Source: Paludibacteraceae bacterium (lineage in GTDB: Bacteria > Bacteroidota > Bacteroidia > Bacteroidales > Paludibacteraceae). From it: DNA of 38,371 nt. The notes beneath the pieces were generated by a model. It saw only the letters and a list, made by a program, of their open reading frames with translations, did not search any database and was not told where the DNA came from. The translations under genes were made by a program, and so were the position numbers. Positions within the stretch are counted from its first letter, which is position 1. Each line of letters begins with the position of its first letter. Of the stretch, positions 1-7,928 are shown piece by piece. The stretch spans positions 1 to 38,371 of the forward strand of contig JAGCAG010000066.1 in the NCBI GenBank assembly GCA_017652785.1, read 5' to 3'.

Positions 1-186
1 GAGTGGATAAAAAAGATTGATAAACAACGTGCTGCGTATTATGATTTTTATACTTCGGTGAAATGGGGCGAAGCAAAAAATTACCATTTGTCGCTCAATT
101 CATCGGCGTTAGGAGAAGATAGTTGTGTTCGGCTTATTGTGCAGTCGGCAAAGGCATTTTATGCTAATTTGGGCGAAAAGAAGTAG
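1..186 (+). CDS. 3' end of a cytidylate kinase-like (Cytidylate_kin2/AAA) family protein; the 5' end lies outside the window
   Basis: Frame 1 is open from base 1 to TAG 184-186: EWIKKIDKQRAAYYDFYTSVKWGEAKNYHLSLNSSALGEDSCVRLIVQSAKAFYANLGEKK. The R..YY.FYT..WG...NY.L.lNSS.LG.E tail matches my recollection of Bacteroidota cytidylate kinase-like proteins. It is absent from the ORF track because it has no start in the window. Confidence 0.45.
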   Translation, partial: EWIKKIDKQRAAYYDFYTSVKWGEAKNYHLSLNSSALGEDSCVRLIVQSAKAFYANLGEKK

Positions 187-202
187 TCTTTTCTTTTTTT
201 AC

Positions 203-210
203 TAAATTTG
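203..210 (+). promoter_or_regulatory. Bacteroidota-type -7 promoter box (TAAATTTG) for the GH92 gene
   Basis: Matches the TAnnTTTG -7 consensus of Bacteroides/Flavobacterium sigma-A promoters. It lies 24 nt upstream of ATG 235. Confidence 0.4.
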
Positions 211-234
211 TAAACGTTTTTATTTCATAAAAAA

Positions 235-2478
235 ATGAGAAAGAATTTATTGTTAGTTGCAGTTTTTTGTTTTGCGCAAGTAGTTTTTGCTCAATCGGTT
301 GTCGATTATGTGAATCCGTTTATCGGAACAACCAATTTTGGTACTTGCAATCCGGGTGCTGTTTGCCCCAATGGGATGATGTCGGTAGTTCCGTTCAACG
401 TAATGGGCTCTGATATGAATGTTTACGACAAAGATGCTCGTTGGTTTTCGACGCCATACGAGTATAAAAACAGTTTTTTTACGGGATTTTCTCACGTCAA
501 TTTGAGTGGTGTTGGTTGTCCCGATTTGGGTTCGTTGCTACTGATGCCAACTGCGGGAAGTTTGGAGGTCGATTATAAAAATTATGGCTCAACCTACAAA
601 GAAGAGAAAGCCTCTCCGGGTTATTATTCCAATTTTTTGGAAAAATATGGCATTAAAACCGAAGTTTCGGCAACTGAACGCTCCAGCATAGCACGATTCA
701 CTTTCCCCAAAGGAGAAGCAAACATTTTGCTGAATCTTGGCGAGGGTTTGACCAACGAAAGCGGAGCAATGGTGCGCAAAGTGTCGGCAACGGAAGTGGA
801 AGGCGTGAAGCTTTTAGGTACGTTTTGCTACAATCCTCAAGCCGTTTTCCCCATCTATTTTGTGATGCGAGTGAGCAAACAACCTAAAACTTTTGGTTAT
901 TGGAAAAAACAACGCCCTATGCAAGGCGTAGAAGCCGAATGGGATATCTATTCGGGAAGATATAAGTTTTATACCAATTATTCTCGCGAAATTTCTGGCG
1001 ACGATGTTGGTGTTTATTTCTGCTACGATGCCGAAGAAAACGAGCAAATCGAAGTGCAAATTGGAGTTTCGTTTGTGAGTGTGGAAAATGCTCGCCAAAA
1101 CCTCAATGCCGAGCAACCTACCTTTGATTTCGACAAAACGCATCAACTTGCTCGCTCGAAGTGGGAAAAAGACTTGGGCGTGGTGCAAGTCGAGGGCGGA
1201 ACTCCAGACCAAAAAACCGTTTTCTATACAGCACTTTATCATGCTCTAATTCACCCCAATGTGTTGCAAGATGTAAATGGAGAATATCCACAAATGGAAG
1301 GATCAGAAGTGTTAACTACACAAGGAAATCGCTATACGGTATTTTCTCTTTGGGATACGTATCGCAATGTACATCAGTTGCTTACGCTTCTTTATCCGGA
1401 ACGCCAATTGGACATGGTGCGCACGATGCTCTCCATGTACAAAGAGCATGGTTGGTTGCCAAAGTGGGAACTCTATGGTCGCGAAACGCTTACCATGGAG
1501 GGCGACCCTTCCATTCCCGTCATTGTGGATACGTGGATGAAAGGTCTTCGCGACTTTGACGTGGATTTGGCTTACGAAGCGATGTGCAAAGGTGCAACTA
1601 CGCAGGGCAAAGACAACCTGATGCGCCCCGACATCGATCCTTATATCGAAAAAGGCTACATTCCTTTGGGCTTTTTTGCAGCCGATGCGTCGGGCGACAA
1701 CTCCGTTTCGCATGCGCTAGAATACTACATTGCCGACTGGGCACTGAGCCAAATGGCGGAAAATTTGGGTAAAAAGAGCGATGCAAAGCTCTTTTACAAC
1801 CGCTCGATGGGTTACAAAAACTACTATTGCAAAACCTTCGGGACGCTGCGCCCGATTACGTCCGACGGAAAATTCCTGACGCCGTTCAATCCGCTACAAG
1901 GAGCCAACTTTGAACCCGTGGCTGGTTTCCACGAGGGAAATGCTTGGAACTACACCTTCTACGTGCCTCACGATGTGAAGGGACTCGCAAAACTGATGGG
2001 TGGCGACAAAAAGTTTGTAGAAAAACTCCAAATGGTGTTCGATAAGGGCTTCTACGACCCTGCCAACGAGCCCGACATTGCCTATCCCTATTTGTTCAGC
2101 TACTTCTGTGGCGAAGCGTGGCGCACGCAAAAAGAGGTGGCGCGCTTGCTTGCAACCCACTTCCGCAATGCTCCCGATGGCATTCCGGGCAACGACGACA
2201 CAGGAACGATGTCGGCTTGGGCGGTGTTTTCGATGATGGGCTTTTATCCCGACTGCCCCGGAAAACCAACCTATATGCTCACAACGCCTACGTTCGATCG
2301 GATTGAGCTGCGCTTGAACGAAAAGTTCTACCCCGAGGGAAAACTCGTGATAGAAAAAACCGAAAACCTACCTTACATCAAGAGCATTAAGGCAGGAGAA
2401 AAAACACTGAAAGGTTACAGCATTTCGCACGAAGAACTAACCACATGCAAAACGCTACTTTACAAGACTAGAGAATAA
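235..2478 (+). CDS. GH92 family glycoside hydrolase (putative alpha-1,2-mannosidase), secreted
   Basis: 747 aa ORF with an N-terminal signal peptide (MRKNLLLVAVFCFAQVVFAQ). The VDYVNPFIGT start and overall length are typical of GH92. Confidence 0.88.
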   Translation: MRKNLLLVAVFCFAQVVFAQSVVDYVNPFIGTTNFGTCNPGAVCPNGMMSVVPFNVMGSDMNVYDKDARWFSTPYEYKNSFFTGFSHVNLSGVGCPDLGSLLLMPTAGSLEVDYKNYGSTYKEEKASPGYYSNFLEKYGIKTEVSATERSSIARFTFPKGEANILLNLGEGLTNESGAMVRKVSATEVEGVKLLGTFCYNPQAVFPIYFVMRVSKQPKTFGYWKKQRPMQGVEAEWDIYSGRYKFYTNYSREISGDDVGVYFCYDAEENEQIEVQIGVSFVSVENARQNLNAEQPTFDFDKTHQLARSKWEKDLGVVQVEGGTPDQKTVFYTALYHALIHPNVLQDVNGEYPQMEGSEVLTTQGNRYTVFSLWDTYRNVHQLLTLLYPERQLDMVRTMLSMYKEHGWLPKWELYGRETLTMEGDPSIPVIVDTWMKGLRDFDVDLAYEAMCKGATTQGKDNLMRPDIDPYIEKGYIPLGFFAADASGDNSVSHALEYYIADWALSQMAENLGKKSDAKLFYNRSMGYKNYYCKTFGTLRPITSDGKFLTPFNPLQGANFEPVAGFHEGNAWNYTFYVPHDVKGLAKLMGGDKKFVEKLQMVFDKGFYDPANEPDIAYPYLFSYFCGEAWRTQKEVARLLATHFRNAPDGIPGNDDTGTMSAWAVFSMMGFYPDCPGKPTYMLTTPTFDRIELRLNEKFYPEGKLVIEKTENLPYIKSIKAGEKTLKGYSISHEELTTCKTLLYKTRE

Positions 2479-2507
2479 ATAATCAATGATCAATTTTAAT
2501 TTTTAAT

Positions 2508-2679
2508 GGCTACCGCACCGGCTCAGGAGTGGGCTACGTGCAGTACGACGGCTGCTATTGGTCTGCCACTGAGAGCAATAGCGACTGCGCGCTACCTCTA
2601 CTTCAACTCTGACGAAGCGAGCATGTACTTCAGCAATCGCCGCCACGGCCACAGTGTGCGTTTGGTTAAGAATTTATAA
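2508..2679 (+). pseudogene. 5'-truncated, frameshifted remnant of a FISUMP (Fibrobacter succinogenes major paralogous, TIGR02145-like) domain gene
   Basis: The frame starting at 2508 reads GYRTGSGVGYVQYDGCYWSATESNSDCA. After a 1-nt frame break near 2590-2592, the frame of ATG 2506 reads YLYFNSDEASMYFSNRRHGHSVRLVKNL then TAA 2677-2679. Joined, these resemble the C-terminal GYR..G..YWS.TE....A..L.F......R..G.SVRCVK end of FISUMP domains. No N-terminal part is present. Confidence 0.5.
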
Positions 2680-2720
2680 AAATTTCGCAAAAAATGCTGT
2701 AAAGCATTTCAGCGAAATTT
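2680..2720. other. Nested stem-loop 1 (AAATTTCGC..AATGCT gtaa AGCATT..GCGAAATTT)
   Basis: A 9-bp outer stem (2680-2688 / 2712-2720) encloses a 6-bp inner stem (2693-2698 / 2703-2708) with a GTAA loop. Read directly from the sequence. Confidence 0.45.
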
Positions 2721-2738
2721 GAGAGCATCTATAAAATT

Positions 2739-2777
2739 CTTGATTTTGTCCGCGGTTTGCTCCGTGGCAAAATCAAG
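2739..2777. other. Stem-loop 2 (CTTGATTTTG-t-CCGCGG tttgct CCGTGG-CAAAATCAAG)
   Basis: 10 bp plus 6 bp (one G.U pair, one bulged T) around a 6-nt loop. Read directly from the sequence. Confidence 0.45.
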
Positions 2778-2791
2778 TGAGAAAATTTTTG

Positions 2792-2818
2792 AAAAAAACC
2801 GCCCGGGGCGGTTTTTTT
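2792..2818. terminator. Bidirectional intrinsic terminator (A7-ACCGCC cgg GGCGGT-T7)
   Basis: A GC-rich 6-bp stem is flanked by an A-run on one side and a T-run on the other. It lies 14 nt beyond the stop of the - strand HAD gene (2832) and downstream of the + strand GH92 gene and relic. Confidence 0.65.
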
Positions 2819-2831
2819 CTATGAGATAGGG

Positions 2832-3521
2832 TTATAATATCTCTTTTATTTCAATGAGTTTTTTGATGTCGTAGGTTGCGGCAAAGGGAGTAGGTTGTTG
2901 CTTGGGGTTGAAAAATAGCTGGTCGATACCTGCATTTTTTGCTCCCACAATGTCGGCTTCCCAGTCGTCGCCCACAAAGGCACATGCCCGAGCGTCGCAC
3001 TTGGCTCGGTGCAATGCGTGCTGAAACAGTCGGACATCGGGTTTGTTAATGCCAATGTCGTCCGAGAGCACCACACCATTGAAAAACCGAAAAATGTCGG
3101 CATTTTTCAGCTTCTTGAATTGCACTTCCTTAAAACCATTCGATAGAATGTAGAGTTGGTATTTTTCTCTTGTGTATTCCAGCGTTTCCACGCAACCCTC
3201 TATCAGGTTGGTCTGCTCGGCAAGGATGTTCAGATAGCTTTTGCCAAACTCCTCTGCCAACTTCTCTTGCTCCGCTCCCACTTCCCGCAAAGGGAAAAGG
3301 AAACGCTCCTTGGTCAAAAACTCCTTGCTTATTTCGTTTTTCCTGTAAAGCGCCCAGAGTTCAGCGTTTTTCTGATGATAAAGCGCAAAAAACTGCTCAA
3401 AACTATCGAAAAATCGCTCCATTTGGAATTGCCTAAAGTTTATCTCTAAGCTGATTTTTGAGTTGGTTTCAAAATCCCAAAGCGTGTGATCCAGATCGAA
3501 AAACAGAGTGGTGTAGGGCAT
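2832..3521 (-). CDS. HAD-IA family hydrolase, YjjG/YfnB-like nucleotidase
   Basis: 229 aa. HAD motif I is FFDLDHTLWDF, and GDDWEADIVGAKNAGI is the distal Asp motif. Confidence 0.75.
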   Translation of the reverse strand: MPYTTLFFDLDHTLWDFETNSKISLEINFRQFQMERFFDSFEQFFALYHQKNAELWALYRKNEISKEFLTKERFLFPLREVGAEQEKLAEEFGKSYLNILAEQTNLIEGCVETLEYTREKYQLYILSNGFKEVQFKKLKNADIFRFFNGVVLSDDIGINKPDVRLFQHALHRAKCDARACAFVGDDWEADIVGAKNAGIDQLFFNPKQQPTPFAATYDIKKLIEIKEIL

Positions 3522-3532
3522 ATCTTTTTCTG

Positions 3533-3540
3533 CAAAAATA
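3533..3540 (-). promoter_or_regulatory. -7 box TATTTTTG (- strand) for the HAD hydrolase gene
   Basis: The reverse complement of caaaaata matches TAnnTTTG, 11 nt upstream of the start at 3521. Confidence 0.3.
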
Positions 3541-3574
3541 ATGGGTTTTTGTTTTGTATGTTAGTTTTTAAGCG

Positions 3575-3582
3575 TAATTTTG
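3575..3582 (+). promoter_or_regulatory. -7 box TAATTTTG for mutA-mutB
   Basis: Matches TAnnTTTG, with TTTTG tracts about 20-30 nt upstream (3547-3556). It lies 62 nt before ATG 3645. Confidence 0.4.
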
Positions 3583-3644
3583 TTAGCATTTTTTTTAACA
3601 ATAAAAAAAGAGAAAAATCAAAATATTAATAATCAGTTTGTAAT

Positions 3645-5504
3645 ATGGCAGAAAAAAAATTAAATCTTTTGGCTGATTTTCCTGCTATTTCTACTCAGGA
3701 ATGGATGGATAAAATCACAGCAGATCTTAAAGGTGCCGATTTTGCTAAAAAACTTATTTGGCGCACAACCGAAGGTTTCGACGTAATGCCTTTCTATCGT
3801 GCCGAAGACATCGAAGCTCTGCAAACAACAAATTCTGCACCGGGAGAATTTCCTTTCGTGCGTGGAACAAAAACCAACAACGAATGGTTGGTGCGTCAGG
3901 ACATCAACGCTAAAGCAAGCGCAAAAAGCGCAAACGCCAAAGCCTTGGATGTGCTTAATAAAGGCATCGATTCGCTTTGCTTCCAACTTGGCAAAGACCT
4001 CTCGGCCGAAACCATCGAAACACTTTTGGCAGGCATCAAAGCCGATGCTATTGAGCTGAACTTCAAAGTGTGCGTACGCAAAGCGCCCGAATTGGCAACC
4101 TTGCTTATCGCTTACTTCAAAAAAGAGGGTTACAATTTGGCAGAACTTAAAGGTTCTATCTGTTGCGACCCAATCAATGCTATGCTCACCAAAGGCAAAG
4201 CGTTGAGTGCCGAAGAAGTCACCGAAATTGCTAAAAACGCAGTTGAAGCTGCTGCTGAATTGCCTAAATATCGCATGATTGGTGTAAACGCTGTTAGCTT
4301 GAACAATGCAGGTGTTTACTGCTCGCAAGAGTTGGGCTATGCTTTGGCTTGGGGTAACCAATACCTAGAAATGCTTACCGAAGCAGGCATGGATGTGGAC
4401 GTTGCAGCAAAATCTATCAAATTTGCGTTTGGTATTGGCGGCAACTACTTTATGGAAATGGCAAAATTCCGTGCTGCTCGTTTGCTATGGGCTAAAATTG
4501 TAGAAGCATATGCTCCTAAATGCTTGTGCTCGGCAAAAATGAAAGCTCATGCTGTGACTAGCACTTACAACAAAACTATTTACGATGCGCACGTAAACTT
4601 GCTTCGTACTCAAACCGAAGCCATGAGTGCTGCTTTGGGTGGCGTGGATTCGATTACGGTGTTGCCTTTCGACGTTACTTATCAGGCGTCGGACGAATTT
4701 TCGGAACGCATTGCTCGCAATCAGCAACTTTTGCTCAAAGAAGAATCTCATTTCGACAAAGTGGTTGACCCTGCAGCAGGTTCGTATTACATCGAAAATT
4801 TGACGAATAACATTGCTGCCGAAGCTTGGAAACTTTTCCTCGAAGTGCAATCGGAAGGTGGTTTCTTTGCGGCAGTGCAAAGTGGAAAAATTCAACAAAC
4901 ACTAAAAGCTACTTCGGCAAAACGTTTGAAAGATGTTTCTGCTCGGAAAGAGATTCTTTTGGGAACTAACCAATTCCCTAACTTCAGCGAAATGGCTGCT
5001 GAGAAAATTACTAAAGAAGCATGTGCTTGCAAATGCGCTTGTGCAACAGAAAAAGGTATTGAAACCTTACCTTCTACTCGTGCTGCTGAAGAATTTGAAG
5101 CACTTCGTTTGGCAACAGAACGTTCGGGCAAACGTCCAAAAGCATTTATGCTTACAATTGGTAACTTGGCAATGCGTTTGGCTCGTGCTCAGTTCTCTTG
5201 CAACTTCTTTGCTTGTGCTGGTTACGAGGTAATTGACAATCTCGGTTTCGATACGGTAGAAGCGGGTGTTGAGGCGGCTCAGAAAGCAGGTGCAGACATT
5301 ATTGTTCTTTGCTCAAGCGACGATGAGTATGCCGAGTTGGCTCCTAAAGCGTTTGCAGCAATTGCGGGCAAACAAGAGTTTGTGGTGGCTGGAGCTCCTG
5401 CTTGTATGGACGATTTGAAAGCCGTGGGAATTGAAAACTTTATTCATGTTCGAGTAAATGTGCTTGATACATTGAAAGCATTTAATGAAAAACTCATAAA
5501 GTAA
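3645..5504 (+). CDS. mutA: Methylmalonyl-CoA mutase small (beta) subunit
   Basis: 619 aa, mutase-like but lacking the catalytic-subunit signature. It sits immediately upstream (11 nt) of the large subunit, as in Porphyromonas and Propionibacterium mutAB. Confidence 0.85.
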   Translation: MAEKKLNLLADFPAISTQEWMDKITADLKGADFAKKLIWRTTEGFDVMPFYRAEDIEALQTTNSAPGEFPFVRGTKTNNEWLVRQDINAKASAKSANAKALDVLNKGIDSLCFQLGKDLSAETIETLLAGIKADAIELNFKVCVRKAPELATLLIAYFKKEGYNLAELKGSICCDPINAMLTKGKALSAEEVTEIAKNAVEAAAELPKYRMIGVNAVSLNNAGVYCSQELGYALAWGNQYLEMLTEAGMDVDVAAKSIKFAFGIGGNYFMEMAKFRAARLLWAKIVEAYAPKCLCSAKMKAHAVTSTYNKTIYDAHVNLLRTQTEAMSAALGGVDSITVLPFDVTYQASDEFSERIARNQQLLLKEESHFDKVVDPAAGSYYIENLTNNIAAEAWKLFLEVQSEGGFFAAVQSGKIQQTLKATSAKRLKDVSARKEILLGTNQFPNFSEMAAEKITKEACACKCACATEKGIETLPSTRAAEEFEALRLATERSGKRPKAFMLTIGNLAMRLARAQFSCNFFACAGYEVIDNLGFDTVEAGVEAAQKAGADIIVLCSSDDEYAELAPKAFAAIAGKQEFVVAGAPACMDDLKAVGIENFIHVRVNVLDTLKAFNEKLIK

Positions 5505-5515
5505 AAAAGAAAATC

Positions 5516-7657
5516 ATGAAACCAGATTTTAGTAAAATAGATATAAAGAAAGTTGCTGAGAGCAAAGCAAATGCAAGCAATGAAGAAAATTGGTTGACTC
5601 CCGAACAAATTGAGGTTAAACCAATTTACACAAGCGAAGATCTCAAAGGTCTCGAACATTTGAATTATGCCGCTGGTCTTCCTCCGTTTTTGCGTGGTCC
5701 TTATAGCGGAATGTATCCTATGCGTCCTTGGACTATTCGTCAGTATGCAGGTTTCTCTACTGCCGAAGAGTCGAATGCCTTCTATCGCCGAAACTTGGCT
5801 TCGGGTCAAAAAGGTCTTTCGGTAGCATTCGACTTGGCTACTCACCGTGGCTACGATGCCGACCACGAACGTGTAGTTGGTGACGTAGGTAAAGCCGGCG
5901 TGTCTATCTGTTCGGTCGAAGATATGAAAGTGTTGTTCGATGGTATTCCTTTGAATAAAATGTCGGTGTCGATGACGATGAACGGAGGTGTTCTTCCTGT
6001 TATGGCGTTTTACATCAATGCAGGTTTGGAACAAGGTGCTAAACTCGAAGAAATGGCAGGAACCATCCAGAACGATATCTTGAAAGAGTTTATGGTGCGT
6101 AATACTTACATTTATCCGCCTAAATTCTCAATGAAGATTATTGCTGATATATTTGAGTACACCTCTAAAAATATGCCAAAATTCAACTCGATTTCTATTT
6201 CGGGTTATCATATGCAAGAAGCAGGTGCTACTGCCGACATTGAGTTGGCTTACACCTTAGCCGATGGTTTGGAATACTTGCGCGCAGGAGTGAATGCAGG
6301 CATGGATATCGACGCCTTTGCTCCTCGTTTGTCGTTCTTTTGGGCGATAGGTATGAACCATTTTATGGAAATTGCTAAAATGCGTGCAGGTCGTATGCTT
6401 TGGGCTAAAATTGTAAAACAGTTTAACCCTAAGAATCCAAAATCTTTGGCACTTCGTACTCACTCGCAAACATCAGGTTGGTCTTTGACAGAACAAGATC
6501 CATTCAACAACGTTGGTCGTACTTGTATTGAAGCCATGGGTGCTGCTCTTGGTCATACTCAATCGCTTCATACCAACGCGCTTGACGAAGCTATCGCGTT
6601 GCCAACAGACTTCTCTGCTCGTATTGCTCGTAACACTCAAATTTACATTCAAGAAGAAACGAAGATATGTAAAGAAGTGGATCCATGGGCAGGTTCGTAC
6701 TATGTAGAAGCTTTGACCAACGAGTTGGCAGAAAAAGCGTGGGCGTTGATTGAAGAAGTGGAAAAACTTGGTGGTATGGCTGCTGCTATCGAAACAGGTA
6801 TTCCCAAAATGCGTATCGAAGAGGCTGCTGCTCGTACTCAAGCTCGCATTGATTCGGGTTCGCAAACCATTGTTGGTATCAATAAGTATCGTCTCGAACA
6901 CGAAGATCCAATTGATATTCTGGAAGTGGACAATACGGCTGTTCGTAAGCAACAAATTGAACGTTTGAACGAACTTAAATCCAATCGTGACGAAGCTGCT
7001 GTTCAACGTGCATTGGCGGCAATTACAGCTTGTGTTCAAGATTTTGCTGATGGCAAAAAATCAAACGACAACTTGCTCGATTTGGCTGTAAAAGCAGCAG
7101 CAGTACGTGCAACTTTAGGAGAAATTTCAGATGCCTGCGAAACTGTCGTAGGACGTTATAAAGCAACAATTAGAACTATTTCAGGTGTGTATAGTGCAGG
7201 AACAAAAAATGACGCAGACTTCCAAAGAGCTTGCGAATTGACGGCAGCATTTGCAAAGAAAGAAGGTCGTCAGCCACGTATTATGATTGCAAAGATGGGA
7301 CAAGATGGTCATGATCGTGGAGCAAAAGTAGTGGCAACGGGTTATGCCGATTGTGGTTTTGATGTGGATATGGGACCACTTTTCCAAACTCCAAAAGAGG
7401 CTGCAAAACAAGCTGTAGAAAACGACGTGCATGTACTTGGAGTGTCGTCACTTGCAGCAGGTCACAAAACACTTGTTCCTCAAGTTATCGAAGAGTTGAA
7501 GAAACTTGGTCGTGAAGACATTATTGTTATCGCAGGTGGTGTAATTCCTGCTCAAGATTACGATTTCTTGTACAAAGCAGGTGTGGCAGCTATTTTCGGC
7601 CCTGGTTCGCCTGTTGCCAAGTCGGCTGCAACCATTATGGAAATTCTCAATTCGTAA
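5516..7657 (+). CDS. mutB: Methylmalonyl-CoA mutase large (alpha) subunit, B12-dependent
   Basis: 713 aa. Contains [45 protein letters not shown] and a C-terminal B12-binding domain ([13 protein letters not shown]). Confidence 0.95.
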   Translation: MKPDFSKIDIKKVAESKANASNEENWLTPEQIEVKPIYTSEDLKGLEHLNYAAGLPPFLRGPYSGMYPMRPWTIRQYAGFSTAEESNAFYRRNLASGQKGLSVAFDLATHRGYDADHERVVGDVGKAGVSICSVEDMKVLFDGIPLNKMSVSMTMNGGVLPVMAFYINAGLEQGAKLEEMAGTIQNDILKEFMVRNTYIYPPKFSMKIIADIFEYTSKNMPKFNSISISGYHMQEAGATADIELAYTLADGLEYLRAGVNAGMDIDAFAPRLSFFWAIGMNHFMEIAKMRAGRMLWAKIVKQFNPKNPKSLALRTHSQTSGWSLTEQDPFNNVGRTCIEAMGAALGHTQSLHTNALDEAIALPTDFSARIARNTQIYIQEETKICKEVDPWAGSYYVEALTNELAEKAWALIEEVEKLGGMAAAIETGIPKMRIEEAAARTQARIDSGSQTIVGINKYRLEHEDPIDILEVDNTAVRKQQIERLNELKSNRDEAAVQRALAAITACVQDFADGKKSNDNLLDLAVKAAAVRATLGEISDACETVVGRYKATIRTISGVYSAGTKNDADFQRACELTAAFAKKEGRQPRIMIAKMGQDGHDRGAKVVATGYADCGFDVDMGPLFQTPKEAAKQAVENDVHVLGVSSLAAGHKTLVPQVIEELKKLGREDIIVIAGGVIPAQDYDFLYKAGVAAIFGPGSPVAKSAATIMEILNS

Positions 7658-7681
7658 GTAAAGCGAATTACTTGGAAACGA

Positions 7682-7718
7682 AAGCAAGAGACCTTTTCGG
7701 GGTTTCTTGCTTTTTTTT
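7682..7718 (+). terminator. Intrinsic terminator after mutB
   Basis: A 12-bp stem AAGCAAGAGACC / GGTTTCTTGCTT (one G.U pair) with loop TTTTCGG, followed by a T-run. Confidence 0.65.
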
Positions 7719-7741
7719 GTTGTCGAAACCAAAAACTTTAC

Positions 7742-7749
7742 TACCTTTG
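7742..7749 (+). promoter_or_regulatory. -7 box TACCTTTG driving the TPP-riboswitch leader
   Basis: Matches TAnnTTTG about 20 nt upstream of the aptamer, with TTG about 20 nt further upstream. Confidence 0.45.
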
Positions 7750-7769
7750 TCCTCGGTTTGTTGCACGAA

Positions 7770-7856
7770 GCAACGAGCACAATGGGGTGCCTTAAAATTA
7801 CAGGCTGAGATCATACCCTTTGAACCTGCCCGGGTAATTCCGAGAAGGGAAAAGAG
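7770..7856 (+). promoter_or_regulatory. TPP (THI-box) riboswitch aptamer
   Basis: The sequence GGGGTGCC...GGCTGAGA.CATACCCTTTGAACCTG.CCGGGTAAT.CCGAG.AGGGA matches the conserved cores of the thiamine pyrophosphate riboswitch (compare E. coli thiM GGGGUGCC..GGCUGAGA..UACCC..ACCUGAUCUGGAUAAUGCCAGCGUAGGGA). The boundaries and the P1 helix could not be drawn by eye. Confidence 0.8.
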
Positions 7857-7928
7857 AAAAAATCTTTCAGTTTATTTTTTTTGAAAGCCCTCATTGCAAT
7901 TTATTAACTTTTTAACAAACAAATTGCT

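Noticed and set aside
3522-3644. Looked for a cobalamin riboswitch upstream of the B12-dependent mutase genes.
   Set aside because: The spacer is only about 120 nt, very AT-rich and largely promoter-like. I see no B12-box-like GCCACTG core or GC-rich helices.
3660-7039. Long antisense ORFs inside mutA and mutB (3660-4361, 4485-4898, 5444-6034 and 6473-7039 on the - strand).
   Set aside because: They lie entirely within strongly supported coding genes on the other strand. Their products are low-complexity (Phe/Ser/Cys/His-rich) with no recognisable motifs. These are typical shadow ORFs.
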